Shown: positions 1 to 14,127, counted from the stretch's first letter. The stretch is DNA of 64,000 nucleotides from Pecten maximus (GCF_902652985.1 NC_047017.1:16058001-16122000), one strand, 5' to 3'. Notes: generated from the letters alone by a model not told the origin. Translations and numbers: made by a program.

Positions 1-364
1 CTCAATTTCTTCTTTTCTGGAGATGTTAACATTTGTAGCCTTCCTCGCTTCTTAGTGCAATCGCCATTACTCGTTTTTGTTTCTGTTTACGGCGCATGCG
101 CAATCAGTATTTCGTTCAATATGTAGGCAGAGCGAATGGAATTTCTTCGGGACGCAATTAATCATTTTTATTATATTTTTTTTTATTATTTTAGAGATAC
201 ATAAGAAGAAAACAATTTCCAAGGTTGGTAAAAGTGTCAAGTGTGTAACTTTTATTGCTGAAGAACAACATACATATGAGTCTATTCGTGTTTTTAATTA
301 ATAAATAATACCATTTATCGGAGGAGTCTCACCTTTAAGATAATATAGTCTTTCTTGGTTTTAG

Positions 365-3300
365 CTGTCTAACAGTAGAATTATCGGAGGGAGTGACGCC
401 CAAATCAGTAACAACCCCTGGCAAGTATCACTCCGGCGATTCAGCAGCCATATTTGTGGAGGGGTCATCCTCAATTCTACTGCTGTTCTGACCGCTGCTC
501 ACTGTGTAACTGGAAAGTAAGGATGTCCATTTATTTTATTGTTATTACTGTTATTATATAGATAAATATATATATATATAATTTGACAGTGCCATGACGT
601 TATCAACTGGATACATTGTTATCTGAGATATATAATGAATTTAACTTCTACAACATTTAAATGAACGACATAACAATTCACAGAAAAATGGTATTATATG
701 TTATCGACAAAATATTACTTTTCATTGTTGTAAACAGATCTCGGTATCAATTTTAAATAACGTATCATGTTGAACGATTTACAAACTTAACGAACACACT
801 ATTACAACTATGATAGGGGCAGTGCAGTCAAGAAGCATGATGACATTTCTTGATTCATCATTATCTGTCAAATTTGTATCAACATTTTTTGTATGGCAGA
901 TCGTGTCTTTGGAAATCTGACCTCAGTAACACACCTAGATTGTCTTAAACATATGTTAAATTGCTTTGTCCTCACTGTCCCTATGACTGCCCCCAAACAT
1001 ATGCAACTAAACTATAACCTCCTAATGCAAATCTGCCATATAAAAGGGAATACTATTCTATATATAAACGGGGAATTTATTGCAACGTTACATTTTATTA
1101 TGACCCGCAATGTAGCATTGTCTTATTTTTGTATTTGCCTTTAAAGCTCCTACACAGTGCGGTATGGATCCGGCAGTTCCAACGGTGGTGGAAGCATCGC
1201 GTCAGTCACGGCTATCAAGTCGGTCAGTGTCTTTTTTTTCATCACAATGCATTTGTATATAAATATATCCTATATAAGGAGAAAAACATTACATAACCCT
1301 CAGAAACGGATGGACATGAGATTATAAACATGTGGGGAAAATAACCACCCGTCCTTGTAACACGATTAAAACGATACAAAACAGGAAGGTAGACACGTTT
1401 TCCTCAGAATCAAACAATGAACGCTATTTAGATTTTATGAGACTCTAGTTAAAGTTCAAGGTCACTTTCGCTTGTAAAAGATCAGTTTTAAAGGCCTCAT
1501 GGTAGTCCCACGTAATTGGATGAGGAAATCCATAAGGGGACACGTCAAGGTGATAAGGGACATCTTATGAGTGTCATAATAACCACAAAAACCATCGTTA
1601 CGATATTTCGAACCTTTAAAAGTTTTTCAGACTTGCAAATAATGTAACATTGAGCTTTAAATCTATCTTTTTAGCATATGCATGGTATTTTACTTGACAG
1701 CATGGAAATTATGGGTCGGGTTCAGGCGCTTTTCCGAACGATATTGCAGTACTGACAGTTCAAGAAATGAATTTAGGCAGTAACGCCCAAGCCATCAGTC
1801 TGACTTCTCGTACTAATAGCGATTTAACTTCAGCATCATGTAGGATCACTGGATGGGGACTCACTGAAGCCGGTGGTAAGAATATCTTCTGAAAACCAAT
1901 AATATACTGTTATATGATGCATGGTGATTGTATAGTGCAGAAAAAATAGCCAGGAGGTAAACATTTTTTAAACTTCCCATGAAACAGATTAAAGATTATA
2001 TCAGAATAGTTTGATGCAAAAATGTCGATAAAAGGAAGATTAAAAAAAATGCAATTTGCAATTGCCAATGATTGATTAAATAATTTCAGCATATTTCAAT
2101 AATTTTAACAAAGGGTTTATCATATAACATGTCAAAATAACACGCCAAAGTGTTTTAAATGGTATTGTATGTTCGTCAACATCGTATTAAGCCATACAAA
2201 ATTGGAACATAATTTGGAGCAATCAAGGCAATTAAGTTCTAACGAATTTCCAAATTTTAATAGATCAGTGTTTATATCTAAGGAAACTGTATATAGAACA
2301 AGATTATCATAGCTTACTGCAATACTTGCATCGTGAAAAGCACAAACATAAGATTCCCGCATGTACGTTTGGTCTACATCATATACTAATTAACTATATA
2401 TATCCTAATTAGGCAGCGTTTCGACACTCCTCCAAGGCGCTGATATGAATGTTATAACGGACAGCACGTGCAAGAACACCTGGGGAACTAACATCTGTAA
2501 TAGTTGCCACATCTGTATCACCGGGGTTGAAGCGAGCAGTGCATGCAACGTAAGGGTTTACTATGTGGAATGAGTAAATACTATACTCTGAGGATTCATT
2601 ATTTGGCATGGCATAAGTAATTACATCATAAGGGAACATTATGTGGCGAAGCATCTGTAATTACACCAATTATACCACATTTTGTGGCGAAGCATCTGTA
2701 ATTATATCATTTATACCGCATTATGTGGCGTAGCATCTGTAATTATATCATTTATACCGCATTTTGTGGCGAAGCATCTGTAATTATATCATTTATACCG
2801 CATTATGTGGCGTAGCATCTGTAATTATATCATTTATACCGCATTTTGTGGCGAAGCATCTGTAATTATATCATTTATACCGCATTATGTGGCGTAGCAT
2901 CTGTAATTATATCATTTATACCGCATTATGTGGCGAAGCATCTGTAATTATATCATTTATACCGCATTATGTGGCGTAGCATCTGTAATTAACAACAATT
3001 ATACCACATTATGTGGCGTAGCATCTGTAATTACAACAGTTATACCACATTATGTGGCGTAGCATCTGGAATTACAACAATTATACCACATTATATGGCA
3101 TGGCATCTGTAAGTACACAAGATGAGTTCATAACTGTAGCATTTTATCAGTATTTACACCAGATTGGCTCATTATGTGACATTGCATCAGTAATTACACT
3201 ATTTATTCCATAAGAGCGCAATGTTTGGTGTAACATGAAATAATAATTTAATATATTTGCATAACAACTAAGGTGAGGTCGTACATTTCTTTCTGAACTG

Positions 3301-3504
3301 TCTACTTTAGTCAAGCTTAGTATTCTCTCCATTTTGCTATTACAGGGAGACAGCGGTGGACCTTTGGTGTGCGCAAATGGAAATGATATGGAACTTGTCG
3401 GAGTGACGTCATGGGGAGCGACGAACTGTCCAACGAATTATCCGTCAGTGTATACCGAGGTTAGATCCTACACGAATTTTGTGTTATATTCAAATGCGAT
3501 TTAG
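365..3504 (+). CDS. S1A serine protease, chymotrypsin/elastase-like (copy 1; signal/pro exons upstream of window)
   Basis: Phase-consistent GT-AG exons 365-516, 1147-1222, 1701-1875, 2413-2549, 3346-3504. Motifs NSR|IIGG, LTAAHC (His57), NDIAVL (Asp102), ACNGDSGGP (Ser195). Ser at position 189. Stop TAG 3502-3504; AATAAA 3558-3563. Confidence 0.93.
2638..3115. repeat. 41-bp minisatellite in last intron of protease 1
   Basis: About 11 copies of attatgtggcg(t/a)agcatctgtaattatatcatttataccgc, degenerating at both ends. Confidence 0.92.
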
Positions 3505-6500
3505 TCAAAATAGCCATGTCGATCAGCTATCTTCAATATCTTATTTGATTTAGAGCCAATAAAATGCATTCAATCTCATTAAAACGGGTTATGTTTATTT
3601 ATAACTACAGTTCAGAATAATTTTTGTAGCACACTCGTCACAACGTTTGGTGCAGGATCACGTACAGACAAAATCGACAATTGCAACCAAATCTTAGCCT
3701 ACAGAACCTTTAGCCTACCAGCTGGAAAGAGAGCCGACTGCAATTGACAGTTTGAACTCATTCCAGCCTGATTAATAAAATATTAGAATTATCTTAAACA
3801 GTTTTTACAAGACATAATCAATTTAATATCATTCTATCAACTGCATACTTCCATGCTTGTGGAATGAATATACATATGAAACACATGTGATCTGTGATTT
3901 GAATATAAATTAAAACTTTATAACATCAATACCATTGAAATATACCACTGTGCTGATATAACACTAAACAGCCCATTCAAAATGGCGTCGTTGTCACGGT
4001 AACGAAGAGGAGGCATCTGATTGGCTTAAATTAAGACAATGTATGATTTTGCCGACAATTGTTACATAGGGGATGGCGGAATAATAAATTCAATGGCGGC
4101 AGTTTCGAAAAGCTTGGTTTCTTTGTTAATGAAATAGTGGCCTGTCATTGGTCAAAATTTAGAGATTGTCAGATTATGATGAAATCTGATATGTAGATGA
4201 TTTATGATGCTACAAACATGACTGCGACTTTTACTAGCGTCTGAAAATGTTTGATTTCAATAAAATGGCATTTCAAGGTATTATGACTTTAGAAATAACA
4301 TTGTGGTTTCTTTAATCTTCATTATCGACTGCGGAGGTTGTTTTGGGGACTTCTGTCAAGTTCTTCGCTACAATAACCACATGTCACTTGTGGTTTTGTA
4401 CAAACCTATGAGATTGATGGGTGTTAAGCTGTGCTAGTAGACTTGTAAAAGTCCTCTACCTTGATTTTGCATCGGTAGTATCCGTTCATTTTGTACACAT
4501 CTTTTTCATTTTCAAATTATCCAATAACAAGGTTGAATAGTTGCTAAGCCATATCAAAGGAATATGTGATAGCTTTCAGGATCGGTGTTATGCCTTTAAC
4601 ATATCAACAAAACGGGTGGATGATCTGAGACACCATTCTATACTACTAATCAAGGTCATATATATGCGATGACACGGGAGCTTCGTTCTTTGGGTGAAAA
4701 TTTCGTCCAAACACTAGAAACATCGACTCGGAACACTGGTTCTGGAAAAAAATATATAATTTACTCATTTTTGTGGAGTAAAAAGAACAAAGATGGCTGT
4801 CCACACATGCTCGAGAACGTTTTCATTATCGATTGGATCGGTTGGAATAGTTATTCGCTTACGAAATAAGGGCGGACTTGTTTTCATATTAGCCTTGATA
4901 CATGTATAACGAATTAACGTATTAACGAACAGGCCCATTATAGGGAACACCGTCTTGTTGTTCTCGTCCTTTTTACATAGAAAGTGTTCTTGCTCTACTC
5001 TAGGGTCAACTAAACGATCGTGCCTAAGGAGTCTCCAAATGTATTGCACTAGAACAGACAGGGACATGGCTATATAATTGCAAGTAGGATACTAAATACA
5101 CGGGTACAAGCTTGATGCCTGATAATGTCATCTGGCAAAGAGTGCATTTTAGCAATCCAAATTAAGAGAGCCTTCGATGATAAAGGAAAATATTCGTTTG
5201 TAATGTTTAGTAATTTTACAATGCGAAAATAGACGTTATGATAATACTTCAACAAACTGTATGAATAAATGGTCGTTCCCTGTCATATTAGTATCCGTAT
5301 ACATGTACATGTACTTATGTGTGTAGGTATACCTCTTACTATAAGTAACGTGTATGTCGGTAGCGACTCTGAAGCTAGCCATGATGTGTTTCAATACCTC
5401 CGAACGGAACGAGCCTCCATATCGGGTGCCTTCTTTAGTTAAACTTTTGTTGGGATTTGTGAGTTTTTCTACAGTGGACTGGTGTAACGTTAAAAAAGGA
5501 CCCCCCAATGAGGTCCCCTCATTCAACATAAGCTTAACCGATCTCTCTGACAATAGAGAGGAGATTCAGTTCAACTAACAACACAGCTTTTCTATCAGAA
5601 AGCATGTATCCATCTTGGTAGATTCGTGATTCACCGTTCAGTATAGGGCAAAATCCAATTTTCATCCTAGTTGGCGCTATTAAGTCACTCGTTTTATATT
5701 TTTTTTAACAATAGAAAATGAAGAGAAAATATTTCGTTGGAAGTTACTCCATAATATTATTCCAAATGGTGTTTTACTAAAGAGATGGAAAATTAAGTTA
5801 CATGAAAATTGTGAAATTTGTAAAACGAAGGATGATTATAATCATTATTTTATTGAATGTTGTGGTATTGACCCACTTTGGCATCACGTTAATCAATCGC
5901 TAATTAGACTTGGTTATACTATCGATCTAAGGAATTTAAGGTATATAGTTATTGGGTACAAAATTGTTTATACAGCCTATAACGATATCAACAGCCTTTT
6001 ATCACTTATAGGGTTTGTTATATACAAATGGTATCACCTCAGTGAAACAAGAACTAAATATGTGGATATAGTTAAACTTTTTAAATACGAATTGAGTAGG
6101 AAGCTTTATCTTAAGTATTACCAAAAAATGTCATTGTTACACAATTTTGTGTAAAACAGTATTTTAGTGAAGTAAATGAAATATCAGACATGTTCATGTA
6201 TCAAATATGGAAATTGTTGTATGATATAAAACATAATGAATTGATTAATACGAATAAAAAAAAAAAAAATATCAAGCACAATGATGAGAACAAAAAGAGA
6301 ATGAAGACATCAGCTAATGCAGAACTTAAAACAATTTATTATGATATGACTAAAAAAAGTTCGAAATTGGTTTATTCCAAGTTGTCAGTATGATTGTAAG
6401 AATGTGTACTATATAGAGAATATCAGTCAGTGTGCTCGGCATTGGGTCTACAATGTTTACATTTTTTACATTATGTCTATAGTCTGTTTCAACTATTTGT

Positions 6501-6933
6501 GTTATCCTTCTTTCATTTGTATTGTTTATACATATATCGAAGATTGCTCAAAATATGTTTGTACAAGTTTTTTTTGTTTTTGTTTTTGTCTGCATGTGTG
6601 CAATGTTTGAAGCCAGAGAGTCGGGTTTTGTCATTATAAGTATGAATAGAATGTTTTCGGTATGGTGGTTTGGTTTCGTGTTCTTGTCTCCGTCTAAATG
6701 ATGTATATCAATTTGTTGTCCTTGTAAAAGCGAGGTGTACATGTATTATAAAGTGTGTAAGATGAGTTTTTTTGTTATATGCGAATGTGTGTCCATTTAA
6801 ATGAGTGTAAAACAGAGAAAAACATGTTTAATGGAAAAATATAATTTGTGCAAGCTGAAAGTCGAAAACAAATATATATTCTCAGTTCTGAGTGCAAAAA
6901 AAAAAAGAAAAAAAAAAAAAAAAAAGTCACTAG

Positions 6934-7250
6934 TTGTACAAGTTGTGTCATTACTCTTTGGTGTCACACTCTCTTGTACAAGCTGTGCCATTAGTATTTG
7001 GTGTCATACTCCCTTGTACAAGCTGTGCCATAAGTATTTGGTGTAACACTCCTTTGTACAAGCTGTGCCATTAGTATTTTGTGTAACACTCCCTAGTACA
7101 AGCTGTACCATTAGTCTTTGGTTTAACACAGTAATGTAGTATCTCTCTGTAAGTTCCCAGTCTATGGATGGTAGGGAGAAGTTATTCTATAGTGTACCTC
7201 TCTGTAAGTCGCCAGTCTGTGGATGGTAGGGAGAAGTTACTCTATGTTGT
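6934..7250. repeat. ~39-bp tandem repeat (about 5 copies) followed by a ~56-bp tandem duplication
   Basis: ttgtacaagctgtgccattagtatttggtgt(c/a)acactcc repeated 6934-7130; ctctctgtaagt..tggatggtagggagaagtta twice in 7143-7250. Confidence 0.8.
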
Positions 7251-7380
7251 ACGTTTTCAACGTTGAATATGGACCCTGAATGCCTTTGAAAATGGGTCGT
7301 GCCGCTGAAAAATGACAGCTTAAAAGGTCAAAAATTGACTCTTCAACATAAGCTTAACCGATCTGCTCCATTGTAACATC

Positions 7381-7783
7381 AAACAATTACAGAATATGTA
7401 TTTAAAAGACGTTTTAAAACTCAACCTGAGAGGGAAATGTATGGAATATAACGGCAAATCTTCTTTGTAAATCGCCCCCTGCCTTTGAAGTTATCACTGT
7501 GCGGCACTGTGCACGTGCTTGTTTCTTTGATGTGTCAATCAAATTAGACTCCACTTTATAGCGGGGACTTATTGCGGGTTGCGATTAAATAAATAATATT
7601 AAAAATGAGGTTTTAATATCACTTTTCAGCGTTTTATAAGAAACAAGCACGTGCACAGTGCCGCACAGTGATAACTTCAAAGGCAGCGGCGATTTACAAA
7701 GAAGATTTGCCGTTATATTCCATACATTTCCCTCTCAGGTTGAGTTTTAAAACGTCTTTTAAATACATATTCTGTTATTGTTT
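7381..7783. mobile_element. Foldback/MITE-like long inverted repeat
   Basis: Arms 7381-7527 and 7638-7783 (~146 bp) are near-perfect reverse complements around a ~110-bp spacer. No TSD identified. Confidence 0.7.
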
Positions 7784-7894
7784 TCAAGAAATAAAGTCGG
7801 AAAGCCTCTAATTTTGTCACATAGAAACGTGTACTGAAGTTTATTTAGTGATCGGAGATGTGCCGTTTACCGGTCCGTCTGCGGGTAAGCCTCT

Positions 7895-9010
7895 TTAACT
7901 GATGAATTCGCCCCTTTTTGAAAAATATTTATCCATTTTCTTATATCCTTCCCAAAATTGAAAAATTCCAACACTTTATCAATGAAGACCCACCCTACCG
8001 AATCAAAGGCTTTTTCAAAATCAACATTTAATAGCATCCCAGGAATATCATTTTCATCTGCATACTGCATAATATCATATATAATTCTTGTATTCTCTCC
8101 TATATACCTACCTGAAATAAAGCCAGACTGATCTGAGTTAATAATTTTATCCAATACTGTTCTTATTCTAGTAGCAATTGTACCTGAGGCAATTTTATAC
8201 ACTGTGTTTAAGAGCGAAATGGGTCTCCAATTCTTAATATACTGCCTTGGCTTATCTCCCTTTGGTAAACAAGTTATGATCCCCTGTCTTTGTGTTACTG
8301 AAAGTTTGTCAATATTAAACCCGTGTTGAATTGATCTGACTACAAAATGCCCTAACTGTTTCCAAAAACATTTAAAAAAAAACTCTACAGTAAACCCATC
8401 TGATCCTGGACTTTTATCATTCTTCATATTTTTAAGAGTTTGAGAAGCCTCCTTGTAAGTAATATTACCCTCTTAACTGTTTGATTCTAAAATATTTAAT
8501 TTTGGTATATTATCATAATAAAGATATTCATTTAAGTTTACATCATGTAATTCACTATCCTCTGAATACAGTTTTTCATAAAATTGTTTAACTTCATTTA
8601 AAATTTCCTCTTGGTTTCTAATTATCTCACCATCATCTTTTTCAATTATAGGTATGATTTTAGTAATAAAGTTCCTATTTTCTAAATTAAAAAAAATCTG
8701 GACGGCTTCTCTCCCTCTTCAACCCATTTAACCTTAGATCTTAATATATTTCCCTTGAGCTTATGTTTTCTGATGGACTCTAATTCTCCCTTCACTCTAT
8801 TTAAATCTTCCAAGTTAACATTATCTTGCTCTTCTAATCCTTTTACTTGCTCTCTAAGGGATTGTTCTTCACTAGCTCTCTGTTTTTTCTTATCAGATGA
8901 ATAAGAAATGGTTTTACCCCTAATTTCAAATAAAACAGTTTCTAAAAAAAAAGCTGATCATTTATTGTAAATTGAATATCTTCATCTGAAACATCTGCTA
9001 AATAATTCTT
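7895..9010 (-). mobile_element. L1/Tx1-clade LINE ORF2 fragment (degenerate reverse transcriptase)
   Basis: KSPGSDGFTVEF, NWRPISLLNTVYKI, DQSGFISGRYIGEN and DFEKAFDSV in ORF 7867-8427. The upstream linker (FTINDQLF..EIRGKTISYS) has stops and frameshifts. The RT is cut before the YADD-type motif. Confidence 0.9.
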
Positions 9011-9424
9011 ATTATATATTATACTTTTTTATCATCATGAAAGTAAAGTGAAACATATTTCAATATATGTTATGTTTCATTGCCATTATGTTTTATTTTC
9101 TCCAAGGTAAAAAAAAAAATCCATTATTATCATTATGTTTTATTTCCATTTTCATTATGTCAACTAAGAAACAGCGTGAGTAAACTTTAACTTTGACACG
9201 TTCTTATCACTTATCATAATGGAAATAAAACATATATTTAATGGAAATAAAACATATATTTAATGGAAATAATCCGGGAAATAATACTGATTTTACTAAT
9301 AACAAATGAAGTAGAGAAAAGGTCTCGAATTGGTCAGAAATTAAACACCCAATGCTTGGTCAATAGATCGACTATTCCATATCTGATTCATGAGAGTGGG
9401 TGTCCGATTTACTCAACAGTAGCA

Positions 9425-9539
9425 TTTGCATTATGTTTTATTTCACTTAAGTGAAAAAGATTTTCCCTTAAGATGAATAAAATTTATTTCACTTAAGTGT
9501 AATTCTTTTTCACTTAAGTGAAATAAAACATAATGCAAA
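9425..9539. repeat. 36-bp perfect inverted repeat built on the TTTCACTTAAGTGAAA palindrome
   Basis: 9425-9460 is the exact reverse complement of 9504-9539. Further cacttaagtg copies at about 9490 and 9573. Confidence 0.8.
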
Positions 9540-9971
9540 AAAAGTCTTTTAACCTTAAGGTAAAAAGTATTTCACTTAAGTGAAATTTTGAAGCATATTT
9601 TACCTTAAGAGGAAATGGGATTAAATGTTAAAACGGCTTGCCATATGTAATTTACACTAGATCTGTGTATATCTACTAACACGGCATTAAACATAACTAG
9701 CGTTTAGCAAATCATGGCCATGGTGAAGTGACCCCCTCTTTACATAAATAACATTAAAATCACCTACCCATTTTCTTGATTTCCTATGTATATAATAATG
9801 AATGGAAGTAGGCAAATAATAGGTGTGTGTGGAGGGGAGGTCATGACCATGATAAAAGCCTTTACCTCTCCATTGACCCGTAGCCACCCAAATTTGTACT
9901 GGTTATCATGAAACAACAATATTTTAGTTAAAATATGTTAAATATCACTTGATAAATGTTATAGTGATTTT

Positions 9972-9974
<3 letters not shown>

Positions 9975-10004
<30 letters not shown>
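9975..10004 (+). repeat. poly-G tract (30 nt)
   Basis: Uninterrupted G run. Confidence 0.95.
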
Positions 10005-10005
<1 letters not shown>

Positions 10006-11849
10006 CATTTCATCATAATGTTATTTTGACCCCAGGGTCAATTTGCCATTGGGGTCAAAATACCATACTACACAGGGATGAGCAAATGTTAGCCAATGAG
10101 AGTAAATTGTGTGTGCATATAAGGGTCTCAAGTTAAGGAAAGAAGAAATGTGTCATAGGCTGGGTTATAACCGGATCAAGGACGTGCCCTATCATTCAAA
10201 GGATCAAATAATAAAATTTGGGACTAACTTCACGTATCACAGAAATTTTCTACTTTATGTCAGATACACATGTACTTTAGTGAGAGCTGAGTGTTTGATT
10301 CGTAGTGGGATTTATGTGTTATCTGACTTCATGAATGTATAAATAAAATTGTATGATCTTTGAATTCATTGTTTTTACTTGAGAATATACAATGTTTGAA
10401 GCTTTCAGAATCATACACCAGTAATGTCTCCCTCAAAATACTAAGCATGTCTTCATATGACAGTAGCTCCTTCTAAACAGTCACAGAAGCAGTCTTATGG
10501 TATTTTCAAACACATAACAGATAGTTCGATATGTATGTGTATGTTCAATGGTAGCTTACATGTAAACACCTCGGTCATGTATAAAGTCAAACAGTTTGTG
10601 AATGTGGATATCATTGACAGTCGGATTTTTCCTCTCGTAAGGGCTATACTTTCATCGAACGGGACGTTGGTGTTCAGAAAAAGAACCCTCTACTCTGGAT
10701 GCACTTCATCAACAAGCTGAATGTAGGATGACAACTGCTCATATCTTTCCTAAAATATTACCTATCACATACAGTATAAAATTAGCGCTCGATCACGTGT
10801 GTCTTGTTCTTTTGCTGTGCCACACCCTAGAATGTAGGAAAACATGATACTACGATACCTTCCATACAGCGATACCGCATATTATTTACCAAAAGAACTA
10901 ACGGTACATACATGTACTTTGAATCTTTTTGATGCCCCATACAGCTCGGCAACTCTCATTAGGCAAAACGTTGCTGATTGGTTGACCAAAGTCGTCCTTT
11001 GAAACATGCTTACCATGTATACAACCATGTGCAGTTCTGCTCTTTGTTTCAATCTGTACATATATTTATCTTAAATTTTTAGGCCTGATTAGTGTGAAGA
11101 CGTGGAACACTTGGTTATTCGGTGATGTAGAATTTGGACCAAAATCAGAAGCTCTAGCTGGACTGGCAGATGAGGAAGAAAATGAGGTATATAAAGACTG
11201 ATAGAACCAGATGAGTCATATATAATGACCGATGAAGAATGCTTCCTTTAAATTTAAAGTGAAAGGATATCAACCCGAAACCTATTATTTGTGTCTCATG
11301 AAGAGTATTTGTGTATGGAAAGTATGATGTCTGTCACAAGTATGGTGGTGGTTGTGTGACAGCTATGTCACAAGTATGGTGTATGTGTCACAAATTTGGT
11401 AAGTATAATTTTGTGTGGTAAGTATGGTTGATGTGGTAAGTATGGTGTATTTGTCATATGTTTGGTGAGTATGATGTATATATAATGTGGTAAGTATGGT
11501 GTATGTGTCAGAAGTATATGTTGACGTTGCATGCATGTGAACATTAATGTTCATGGATCTGGTTAACTGAAATAGATTTGTTTTCAGAATCGATTAAAAT
11601 ATCTAGTTCAAGAAACTTTTTTTTTTACTTTTAATTGCCTTCTTCTTTGTTGTAACGTTGATGTATGATTTACAAGTACAACATTTGTTTGGCTGTATCA
11701 TGTAGCCATACAGCCAACTAACAACAAGGAGAGTACGGAGTTAAGTAGTTCTGGGGTTTTCCTTGTTTTATTTGACATGTAGACAAATTATAGAGTAAGT
11801 GTATTGAAGAGCTGTATTTTAATCAAATTGATGTTTCACTAAACATTAG

Positions 11850-12062
11850 TTGGGGGACGGGACTATAAGTTTCCTCTCTGTCTGTCTGTCCACTCAGTTT
11901 TCCAGTTTTCTCACTCACGCTTCAAGATATGTTCGTGAATGTTGGTATGTAACTTCAGTATGAATAGGTTCAGATAAAGTTTGAGTTTCAGGGTCAAGGT
12001 CAAGGTCAAGGTCAAAGTTTTTTAGTGGGGTCCGGTAGGGGATATATATTGCTTCAGCATCA
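11850..12062. mobile_element. Possible Helentron/HINE (DINE-1/pearl-like) non-autonomous remnant
   Basis: (TCTG)n microsatellite near one end, (TCAAGG)n core, and a GC-rich ggggtccggtagggg end. Resemblance in architecture only. Confidence 0.35.
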
Positions 12063-12535
12063 TTATATGCATACTTATCGCCAGAGACTGACACAAACAT
12101 TTTTGTCATACATTTGTACTTTTGTTTAACATACAAGAATAATATCAGTTAATCAGTCCTGGATGCCTTGAAACTGATGTATTGTCCACAGTCATCAGGG
12201 ATGATCTGTCTCTAATTTTCTAAACTGCACAGATTGGGATATTGCTGTAAACCCAGCAGAACAACAGTATGTTGATATGTTAATCCTCTATCACATACTG
12301 CGCATGGTAAACCATGTCTTTCAGACTACTACAAGCTCTACCTCGTCCCCTTCCCCGAGCTCTGAGAAGCTGGTGATGGTGTCTATGGTATAATATATAA
12401 TTAGCTAACATGGTGTTGATCTGAATTAAAACCAAAGCTATTGAATTTGTTTATAACATTATAAAAAGAAAACTTGATATATGACAGAAAAGTAGAAAGA
12501 TACTGGACAAACTCATTACGTTTGCCATTCATTCT

Positions 12536-14127
12536 CACTGGGAGACACGAATGTCCTTGTTTTTTTCATATTTTCTCCTAATTTAGAATTTTTCACCAAT
12601 TTTACCAAATAAGCATTAATTTAGCACAGCACACACTATTTTTTCAGAAACATATCTAATTATGAAATTCACACACTAGTTTTTTGCCTTCAAGCCGAAT
12701 TTTGTGAAATGTACCTAATACTTCTGTGATAGGCACTAATATTGTTTTCAGTGTCTATTATTTCCCTCAATGTCTAAAAAAAGATGAATACTCTCTAATT
12801 CTCTCTTTACTGTCTAAAACTAGGTGATGTGTCCTATTATTCTTCAATTTTGACTATTTTTCCTGGTCGGTACTAGAAATATTGGACAGTGTCTAAAATT
12901 GGAGAAAATGACTATTTTTCTTGGAACAAGGACTAATTTTGAGAGATTTGCCTCGGGCTATTTTATCACACAGCAACACCACAGCACTGCTAGCTTTATA
13001 CTACCTTACCTGGACAGCAGTAATCCCTGACCACCAAGCTCAGTGGCTAGCCCTGGCCTGCAGCGCTCATCCATGAAGCTGTCTTATATAATTACCTAAT
13101 TGATGGATATCAGGTCTTGAAATAATTAGGATACAACAGGGAAATATTTCATCATTGTGATAATTTATTTGTGAAAATTAAAACACATACGTCTAAAGTT
13201 TAGTGATATGAAAAGGACTACCCAAAAAGCTGATGAGTATTTCATCAATTAAAGGATTTATTCAGCAAAATGGAGAACAAACTGTTATATTGAACATAAT
13301 CATAGACGTATATATCACAATATTTGATGTGTTTTAGTGACTAAATGTTATATCTATCTTTGATAACACAATAGCTTAGCAGATAATGACAATTAGTCAG
13401 CGGCAGTGGTACACGTATACAGGATAACACAATGATGCAGCTCACGACAGAAGTGGATATTTCACACTTTTCAAGTTAGCATTGTGACACTGTATTTCAT
13501 TGCATCATAAGCAAAATTATATGTCTGCAAATAGCTTATCTGTCATCATACGTCAAAGTATAAATAGTAATATAATTAATTATAAATAGTTATGTTATAA
13601 TACAAGTAGTATTTTATCAATAATCATCGATTACATGGTGCTATCAGGTTCCTAAAACATCTCCCTTTACAGTATCTGTATTAGTTTCGAGTGTATCTTA
13701 TAGCTGGGTTTATCTGTAAAAGACTATTGGACAACTTAATTTATCAGTGATATAGGCTACTTTATTATAGATATTAAAAGTTATAATGGTTTGTATTCCT
13801 TAGTATTAGGTTATGGTATGTAGTAATTGTCGTGAATAGAATAGTAGAAATTGTCAAAATATCAGTTTAGTTTACAGTTTGATATTTTTAGACATTGAGG
13901 GAAATAATAGACACTGAAAACAATATTAATGCCTATCACAGAAGTATTAGGTACATTTCACAAAATTCGGCTTGAAGGCAAAAATCTAGTGTGTGAATTT
14001 CATAATTAGATATGTTTCTGAACAAATAGTGTGTGCTGTGCTAAATTAGTGCTTATTTGGTAAAATTGGTAAAAACATCTAAATTAGGAGAAATATGAAA
14101 AAACTAGGACATTCGTGTCTTCCAGTG
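12536..14127. mobile_element. Non-autonomous CACTA/EnSpm (CMC)-type DNA transposon
   Basis: CACTG...CAGTG termini. ~245-bp imperfect TIRs (12536-12780, 13885-14127). 3-bp TSD TCT at 12533-12535 and 14128-14130. No internal ORF of 60 aa or more. Confidence 0.82.

Noticed and set aside
4765-5553. Three abutting minus-strand ORFs suggesting a frameshifted gene
   Set aside because: No recognisable domain or exon structure.
9975-10004. Poly-G as a functional G-quadruplex
   Set aside because: It lies in repeat debris far from any promoter, and homopolymer length is unreliable.
10080-10391. CCAAT, TATA and AATAAA series resembling an LTR or small gene
   Set aside because: No defined termini, TSD or credible ORF.
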